A DNA stretch of 58,259 bases, the filler included, from Jimgerdemannia flammicorona (taxonomy: Eukaryota), in assembly GCA_003990765.1 (NCBI GenBank). It is 3 parts of 3 records of this genome, joined end to end, with 100 filler letters (N's around TTAATTAATTAA, not from the genome) between each part and the next. Parts side by side here need not be neighbours in the genome. Positions count along the whole stretch, not along the records: positions 38,911 to 58,259 come from RBNJ01001959.1; 2 more parts are not named here. The stretch is one strand, 5' to 3'. This document shows, in pieces, positions 50,420-58,259 of the stretch. The notes beneath the pieces were generated by a model. It was given only the letters and a program-made list of their open reading frames with translations, did no database searches and was not told the DNA's origin. Numbering within the stretch: the stretch's first letter is position 1; each line of letters opens with the position of its first letter. The translations under genes and the position numbers were made by a program.

Positions 50420-52491
50420 ATCATCAAAAGAGGGAGTATTCAAGGTGGAAACACACTCTCTACTGATAATGTTAGATTCTTTCTTATATGGACAGTACAC
50501 AAGCTGCTCATCAAGAGCCAAAGGGGTGACAGCAGTGGCAGTGGTGATGGTGATAGTGATGGCAAGGATGAGGGAGAATTCCGGCAACAACTCACAGCGG
50601 CCCTTCAGACTTTGGAATTCACAGACCTCACAACTATGTATGCAGCAGTCTTTTTGAAGTAGCCAATAGTAGATGTAGGTTGCTTACTCAGCTGCCACTT
50701 GTTTACTTGTATTTATTTAAACTTCTCCAGCATGACCCAATTTACCTTATACTTTTCTTAGGGTCAACAGCTCTATGGTGAGATCTGCCAACTTTATTCA
50801 CAACATCTGGTCAAGATGAAGAAAGGCTGGTAGACATTGTGGAGCATACCTTTGGTGGCTGAGCTGTTGAGTCAATGTATCGTATGGTGGAGGTCTCAAA
50901 AGGAACAGAAGTAAGCCTTCATGAGCAATCTTATGCAACTTGTGCAACTCATCAGCATGTAACTCGTCAGCATGCAGCTTACTCACTCACTCACTCATGC
51001 TCTTTTTCTGAAATACTCATCTTCATGTTTTATTTAATTTCAATTTTATGTAGTCTCTCCTTAAAAAATACCCACACTTGCACACAACCTGTCTGCACAT
51101 AACCCACCTGCATGCAACCTGCCTGCATGCAACCTGCCCGCATGCAACCCACCTGCAACCCGCCTGCACACAACCTGCCTGCATGCAACCCGCCTGCACG
51201 CAACCTGCCTGCATACAACCCATCTGCATGCAATCTGCATACTTATCTCAGTCTCTCAGATCAGGGCTCAGTTCTATTGGAAAGGAGAGTTCAAAGTTAC
51301 CCAAGTTCAATCACATCTGACATCTGATCAAATAGAGAAATTCGAGGGCAAGATGTTTAGCATGAGTAGTACCAGCATCATTATCAAGGCTTGAGAGTCT
51401 ATATTTGAATCAGAGCCAATCATACTCGACCAAGGGGTCCATTGGTCAGCAGGAGTAACCAATGACAAAGAGAACTATATCTTTATTAATGAACATGGAG
51501 AGGTGGTTGCAATGGTGGTAAGGAACTTCTATGGTGATGAGCTTCACCACCATATCAACAAGATTTGCAAGGATTGCATCAAATACTGGGTAGCAGGAAA
51601 GAGGGGGTGAAAAAAGCAAGGAGGGGGGGTTTGGATGGAAATTGGGTATACTGCAATACTGGCAAAGGGTGGGTTCTGGAGTTCCGAAATTCCCTGCACT
51701 CATCTCCCTTTTTTTTTAACCCCTCCCCAGATAAATCATACTCTTCACTGATATACTCTTTTTGACACAATTCTAGAGATGCACAAGATTCTGTACCCTT
51801 ACTGGAACTTTAGAAGTACCGTCAAAGAGCAAACTACATGTGAGCATAACATGGCCTATGCGGCGATAGTGGCTATGATCTGGGGTTCTTTGAGCAGATT
51901 GGTAGAGCATATGGCAGGCCAGCTTGGTGGTGATCTTAGCATGGCTGTATGTATATTCTTGGTGCAATTTAGCATACCATATGAGGTGAGGAGCTCCACT
52001 TTTTCAAGGTATTACAGCCTGGGGGGTTTCTGCCCCCCCACACACAAAAAGGACTGACCAGTTGCCATCCATTTCAGCAGGTTTCTAAGCCGGGGCTCCC
52101 AGGGCTGAACTAAGGGCAGGCATCCACCAGCACAGCCTGGTAGTATAAAGTCCTGGGCCAAGGGTTCACTCAACCATATACTCATGTCATATCAGGATAC
52201 GTCAGGTATAACCTTTCTCTACCCATACACACAGATAACAATATCACCCTGGTAATGTTTTACATCTCAAAAAGGAAGGGCCTAACCTGGGAGGATAGTG
52301 GCAGAGTCTGGTATGACCTCATCTACAGTTTCGGGGTCCTGTTTGCAGCCAACACAGCTATTCTATTCCAACCACATGATCACCACAGCACTGTTGTCTT
52401 CAAGCAGAGCTCGGACATAACAGTCATCACACTTACAATAGATGATAGGCTCATTAAGGCCTGGGACCGGCAGGTGGAGCAGTTTTTGTAA
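50420..52491 (+). pseudogene. Decayed intron-containing cargo gene ending in a 2OG-Fe(II) dioxygenase-like (TET/JBP-like) domain
   Basis: Frame 52144-52491 reads YNLSLPIHTDNNITLVMFY...GRVWYDL..FGVLFAANTAILFQPHDHHSTVV (HxD...H). Confidence 0.45.
51085..51240. repeat. 15-bp minisatellite (TGCATGCAACCTGCC)n
   Basis: About 10 degenerate units. Confidence 0.85.
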
Positions 52492-52794
52492 GGGTTAGGC
52501 AATCTTTCATGAGGGTTAGACAATCTTTTGTGAGAGTTAGGCAGCCATTTTGTGCAGGTTGGACAGTTTTATATCAGGGGGTTGGACCAGGCACCTCTTA
52601 TGTAGTACTAGCTTAGCCATTATGTAGGGCCCTACCAGCCCCTCAGCCCTGCTCTGTAGTGTTACCAGTGCGGCACTGCGGTACAGGACCGGGGTACCCT
52701 TGGAATCTGAACTGGCAACTTTGACCACCAGAAATGCCCCCTGACTGCCAGAAGTACCCTCTGACCACCAGAAGCACCCTCTGCTCCAGACTCC

Positions 52795-53250
52795 TTGGCG
52801 GCTTGGGGCTGCCCCTATGCTACTGGCAGAGGGCCGCAAATTTTGCATGCTCCCTCTGCCTGCCCTGCCCATCCTGGACACTTGTAGCTTGGGGCTGCCC
52901 CTTGCTGCTGGCAGAGGGCCACAAATTTTGCATGCTCCCTCTGCTGACCCCATGCCCGCCAACCCACCAACTGACTCCACCCACTGACCTGGGTGCTGAC
53001 AGCTTGGGGCTGCCTCTCACTGCTGGTGGAGGGCTGCAAATTTTGCATGCTCCCTCTGCCTACTCCTCTGATCTGGACACTTGCAGCTTGGGGCTGCCTC
53101 TTACTGCCAGCAGAGGGCTGCAAATTTTGCATACTCTCTCTGCCGACCCACCAACCTGCCCACCAACCTGCCCACTGACCCAGGCACTAGTAGCTTGGGA
53201 CTGTCCCTTACTACTGGCTGAGAGCTGCAAATATTGCACGCTCCCTCCGT
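52795..53250. repeat. GC-rich ~85-120-bp tandem repeat, about 5 units
   Basis: Recurring GCTTGGGGCTGCC...GGCAGAGGGC..CAAATTTTGCATGCTCCCTCTGC. Confidence 0.85.
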
Positions 53251-53401
53251 CACCACCACGAACCCCACCCCACTTGGGCCACAAACTCCAGGCTGAGTCC
53301 TCAGGTTTTTTTTTCCTTTTTTATTATTTTGAAAGGTATTAATTTGAAAGGTATTAAATATTCTACAAGGCCAACCAACTTATCCATAGACCCACCAAAT
53401 T

Positions 53402-56076
53402 TTAGCAGCCTGAGCCCCACCAAGACTTCAGACACATATATGCCCGGATTGTCTCAGCATTCAGTGCACACCTCTTTGGGGCAATGAGGTCCACCCCACT
53501 TGAGAACACCTGCTCGATGGGAGTGCTAGAGGCAGGAATCACCAGGTAGTCCCAAGTCATACCATATAGGCTGGAGAAGTCCATTTGATGCAGCTACATA
53601 CCCTGATAGGTAGAGTAGTAGTTAGATTGATGGGTTAAATTGACTCAATGCCCACCTGACAATGCCCATCTGAGAACCCACCTTCCACCAGTTGAGCACC
53701 TCCGCACCCTCCAGCAGGACCACGTAGTCACTGGTGAGGTAAATGGTAAGTTTGTCTATTGATGGCAGCTCTTTCACTGATGGCTCCCTCTTCCTCTTTC
53801 TGCTAAAGTAAATGTGGGACAGGAGAGATCCCTCGGCATATTCATCCAAAGTTTAGCTGGAACCTTGCAATAGTGCATAGTTTTTCCGGTATACTTCGAT
53901 TATGGCCTGCTTGGTTCTCTCAATGAAGTGCTGCTCTCAGCCCTGATCTTTATGGTATTGTAGCTTTAAGTGTGGGTCCAGCACTGTTTGAAGAAAGAAG
54001 AGTGAGTTTTTGCAGAGTTTCCTCTGTTTTGGAAGGGGCAATGGTCACATGCCAACATTGATATACCTGTACTGATTGAGTATACAGCAGTATCTGTTTG
54101 GGAGTAGTACTTCCTAAGCTTGCTTAGAGTAACCTCTACAGCATCTCTCTGATCTGGGCTTAACCATAAATCACTGCAATCCTCCAGCCTATCCTCGAGC
54201 TTGTCCTCTAGCTGGTCAATCAGAAGGTTGTATACTGGTATCATAGAGCTTATTGTCAGAGTCGTTTGTTTGACTATATCCTTCATACAATTATCGAAAC
54301 ACTGGCAGTTATATATGGTGAGGTGTTGCATTGTGCAGAGGCAGACAAAATGAGTGTAGAGCCAGAGCAACCACCACTTACTTCCAAAACTCTGACAACA
54401 TTCCTAAGTACATCTCACTTGCTTTTACCTAGAGACTCAGCCCATATTTCCTTGTCGGCAGCCATCATTGAATCTATTGGCTTTTTTTTTTTTTTTTTTT
54501 TTTTTTAAATAAATCTTCCATCATCCGAAACAGTTGCTTCAGCCAACCGAAGAAAAAAAGAATGCATACTACAGCAAACTCCAGTGCATGCTGGATCATT
54601 GCAAATATTGAGTTCCAATATATACAGACATCCAATATAAGCTCTTTTGGGGCTAAACTGATTGCCCTACACTGCACAGCGAATTTGTCTCATCATTGTG
54701 GGGATGATCGGACTGACACAATTAGTTTGCATAGCTTGGAAATTATACTCAGGGCCCCTCCTTTCTCGGATATTTTGTCTATGTGTGTAAGATAGTCCTG
54801 AATAGCAAGGTTCAGTATGTGGGCCTAGTATCACATATGGTAGCTTTCTGTACCAAAGGCCACATTTTCCTGTTTGAGGCTGACCGCTAAAACTTGGAAA
54901 AATGTTGAGTTGTTTGTGGTATTGTCTATCATAATGGCCAAAATCTGTACTTGAAATATTCAGTTGGCGAATTATGCGAAAATAAATAACCAATAAAATC
55001 TGTTTTGTTTAAGGACCTCCCTCAAAATACTGACCTGACAGCAAGTCCTCCTTTTTTTACCTTGGTTGTGATCCCAAGCTCCTGGATACAACTAATAAAA
55101 GTATCTGCAATGTTATCTCCAAAATGAGGGCCAGCAAGTTTGACGAAGTCAAGGGTGAGAGATTTAAGCTGCCAATCAAGGTCAATCCAATGACTGGTAA
55201 TGCCCAGAAATGAAATTGTATTGAGAGATGTCCATGTGTTGATTATAAATGAAATTTTGCCTGCCAAATTCTGCTTATTGAATGTAAGGTTAAATTGATG
55301 AGCTCTTTTATATAATTCAGCTTGCAAAGGTCATAGTGCTGCTCTTATTTTATCTGAAGTGTCTGGCAGAGATTATTGTGCTCCTTCCTATAGGCCTCCA
55401 GGACATCTTTGCAAATAGTATCAGTACTTGGCAAATATAAATCATGCTTGAGGAGACCAAAGATACTATGTAACTGATCACTCTCAATAGTTGTGAATGG
55501 CTGATCTGTGCATACAATCCAGCGAATGAGCCGATTTCAAAATTCTGCCAAAGAGTATAGCTAAATATTTTTGATTAAATGGCATTGTTGATACAGAAAT
55601 GGTTGGGCAATCAGATAAACATACCCACCACAGCTTGGATGTCGATTTTATTTGTCTCTGTGTTCTTTTTGATTTTGTCAGAGTGCTTGTCTTTTATGTG
55701 TTGATTCATGTTTAAGGTCATACCACCAAGCATTTTGAACTTCTGGCTGGTGCAGTTTATGGGGGTAGATGAAACAATATCATGTGTATGTCAAACAAGT
55801 CAATAGGTGCATCTTAATTTTTTACCTGCAATAATTACAAAAAACATCATCTCCTATCTTAGTATAATGTTGCCAGATTTTGGAGTGAGAATTGTATGGA
55901 AGGTGTGGAACTATCAGGGATGTTTGACTTGAAGCATCATCAGTACTGTAAACTGTTGAAGACTGATCTGTCGACATGTGTGTTTGCATGTTTGCATGTG
56001 TATGTATGTACATGTGTATGTATTGTATATACATGTGTGTGTATTGTGTTGTAGAGGTGTCCAGCATATGAGTCAT
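53402..56076 (-). pseudogene. hAT transposase (BED finger, DDE core, dimerisation domain), with introns
   Basis: KIWQHYTKIGDDVFCNYC (BED); ISFIINTWTS...FLGITSHWID; CLAHILNLA; LDVCIYWNS; DYLVIPASSTPIEQVFSSG...KRCALNAETIRAYMCLKSW. Confidence 0.9.
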
Positions 56077-57449
56077 GTGGAGGATTTGGATTGGAGGATT
56101 CAGTTGAAGGATTCGGATGAGGATTTGGATTGGAGGATTCGAATTAGAGGATTTGAATTGGAGGATTTGAATTGGAGGATTTGGATTGAGTGATTTGGAT
56201 TGAGTGATTTGAATTGAGTGATTTGGATTGAGTAATTTGAATTGAGTGATTTGGATTGGGGTAGTTTGGATGGGTGATTCAGATGGGGTGATTCAGATGG
56301 GGCAATTCAGATTAATCCGAGTTGATTTGGATGGCTTCAGATTTGAGATTTGGATCGAACCATCATGTGACGAATTGAATCCGGATTTGATTTAAATTGA
56401 CTCATTTGGAGCACTATGCAGTACTGACTACCCAGCTAGTGGTACTAGCAGAGATAGTAGAACAAATTACTGAATAGAACAAACCAATCAAGATCTTGCG
56501 AATTCCAACATTCAGTGAAAAAAACAGTAACATTAAAAACTTTATCAATATAGTTGATACAGGTTACTAAGCAAACCAATAGAATGACAACCAAGTACCT
56601 ACAGGAATGCTCACTCATAACCAGAACAACACCCTTCAATAGCTGTTTGCCATAACAGTAGTACAAGTGGAAACAGTAGCCACATTCTTTACTAGAACTG
56701 TAGCCGAATTCTGGTATATCTTGGAACAATACCCAGTAATCTGGGAAGACTGCTATCAAGTTGCAGGTCAAGTATAAGCCCATAACAGACCAGGATGGAA
56801 TGATCATAAAGCAGGCCCAGGACTCAAGACCCTGCTACTGACTAAATTCCAAAATATAGCCTATATACAAAAAACTTAGAACAAACTAGCCCAGATGAAG
56901 TTCCACAAGAATGGCGAGGAGGATCTAGAAACCTTTGCAATCAGAATGGATACCTACCTCAAAACTATTAGACTTATCTACCAGGAAACCAATTTGGCCA
57001 TCAATAGTACTAGAGCCAACCATCTCTTTACAGTCCTACCAGACTGGCTCACCTAGAAGATTAAGGAACAAGACCTTCCCCAAGGATGTTCCCACTACTT
57101 ATGGTACTTTGTCTAAGTACAAAGAAGAGCCCATAAAATCCTTGCTGCTCAGGCTCCATGAAATCCAGAACACAAGAAGGAACACCAAGATAGAAGAAAT
57201 CTCACCAGAAGAAATAATCAAAGAAGTGACCAAAGAAATGATCAAAGGAATCAGCAAAACCCCAGAGGACTAAGACCTCTCTCTGAGGATGAAAAGAAAC
57301 AGCTTTGTAAAAAAGAATTGTGCTTTATCTATAAGAAGGCAGGATACATCTCATTCAAATACTCTGAGAAGAAAAACAAATCAGGTGAACCCAGTAATCA
57401 GAACATTACTGTCATTGAAGAAGGTCCAGGAAAGAAGAATCCTGAGAAT

Positions 57450-57865
57450 ATTATCAAAGTACAGAAAATATAGTATAAGGCTACTATCCCCACTAAGGCC
57501 TATTCCACTGATGCAGGATATGACCTCTATAGTAGCCAAGACCTCACCATCCCACCAAGTACTATTGCTACAGTGTGAACAGAGATTGCAATACAAGCTC
57601 TCAAAGGTACATATATCTACCTTGCTAAGTAAAGCAGCCTAGCCAAAGAATTCAACATTGGGCTAGGAGGAGGAGTAGTTGACTAAGGATTTACTAGCAA
57701 AATCTATGTTATCTTGCAAAATTGTGGAGATACCTTATTTGAAGTCAAAGTAGGCCAAAGAATTGCCCAAGCAATCATTGAAGAAATTTGTCAAGATCTC
57801 ACTATTGAAGAAGTCCCCAAGCTCTCCCAGACAGACTGTGGTAAGAAAGAGTTTGGATCAACCAA
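57450..57865 (+). pseudogene. dut: dUTPase after the nucleocapsid (element D)
   Basis: DAGYDL, *SSLA, GGVVD*GFT, QRIAQ and CGKKEFGST. Confidence 0.88.
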
Positions 57866-58110
57866 TAAACCTTCCAGTCAGAAGGTCACCACTATGAAGA
57901 AAGATGATGAAAACAGATATAAGAGAATTGCAGATAGTTATGCACTATATAAATGATACTCTCATTCTATCCAAATGTACTGCATGGAACATATTGGTGA
58001 ATGCCATACATGTCTCTCCAAAGTTTTCAAAATTCAATCTGAGAAGTATCAAGTCCAACAGACTAAGGAACCTAAACAAGACCACCCTCCTTGTGAAGGA
58101 TGAGAAGAAA

Positions 58111-58259
58111 CTGACTTGGAAGAGACTGATAGTAATTGGAACAACTGGGTGGTGGGTGGGTTGGGGTCTCCAGAGTGGGTGATATCACCATCTGATAGAA
58201 GGGATCTGTGAACAGAGTGGTGGGCAGGTAGAGATAGTGTTTGACAAAGTAGTCTTTCA
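58111..58259 (-). repeat. Fragment of the repeat family seen at 39078-39195, truncating element D
   Basis: The reverse complement aligns with CCTGCCCATAACTCTGTTTACAGATTCCTTCTACTAGATGG... Confidence 0.6.

Larger units (their letters stand above)
49969..56416 (-). mobile_element. hAT DNA transposon (6.45 kb) with 8-bp TSD
   Basis: TIR TAGTGCTC...GAGCACTA. TSD TGCAGCAC (49961-49968) / TGCAGTAC (56417-56424). Subterminal GATTTGGATT-type repeats at ~50000-50185 and 56080-56400. Confidence 0.92.
40698..58110 (+). mobile_element. Gypsy element D (relative of B), interrupted by the Sola1-like composite and a hAT, truncated before the protease
   Basis: LTR TGTAAT(40698)...TTATTACA(49054), ~820 bp net. 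PBS TGGTAGC (iMet-like) at 49058. Gag MVDVNIAALTTQL...LRIPTFS aligns with B. Decayed knuckle and dUTPase follow. Confidence 0.82.

Noticed and set aside
51023..51327. Cys-rich repeat ORFs (CMQAG / CTQPA)
   Set aside because: Products of a 15-bp minisatellite that is open in several frames; probably intronic.
52537..52980. Kinase-like HKRCLVQPPDIKLSN on the minus strand
   Set aside because: No other kinase motifs, and the ORF runs through a tandem repeat.

Overview
This is eukaryotic, almost certainly fungal, repeat-rich DNA. A Mucoromycota (Endogonales/Glomeromycotina-like) origin is inferred from the gene families, short GT-AG introns and a Mollicutes-like cargo gene. The window is three contigs joined by two artificial 100-nt N/TTAATTAATTAA linkers (19356-19455, 38811-38910). 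Most of it is nested, C>T-decayed and CpG-depleted transposons. These include four Ty3/Gypsy LTR retrotransposons from two clades (three with a recognisable dUTPase, in two different positions), a solo LTR, a full-length APE-RT LINE, several copies of a 1.19-kb poly(A) element, a hAT DNA transposon and a Sola1-like DNA transposon. Highlights: (1) A 7.5-kb composite Sola1-like transposon (40785-48316). Its arms carry an intronless HAD-like gene that reads best in the Mollicutes UGA=Trp code. Its centre holds an apparently intact nuclease-fold gene preceded by two head-to-tail, covarying structured RNA-like units. (2) A homologous accessory ORF inside the long LTRs of both Gypsy clades, apparently exchanged as a module. 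(3) A decayed HxD...H (TET/JBP-like) dioxygenase inside the hAT element. (4) Two LTR junctions at the same register of a ~320-bp AT-rich tandem array. All family assignments come from reading motifs by eye; no database searches were run.
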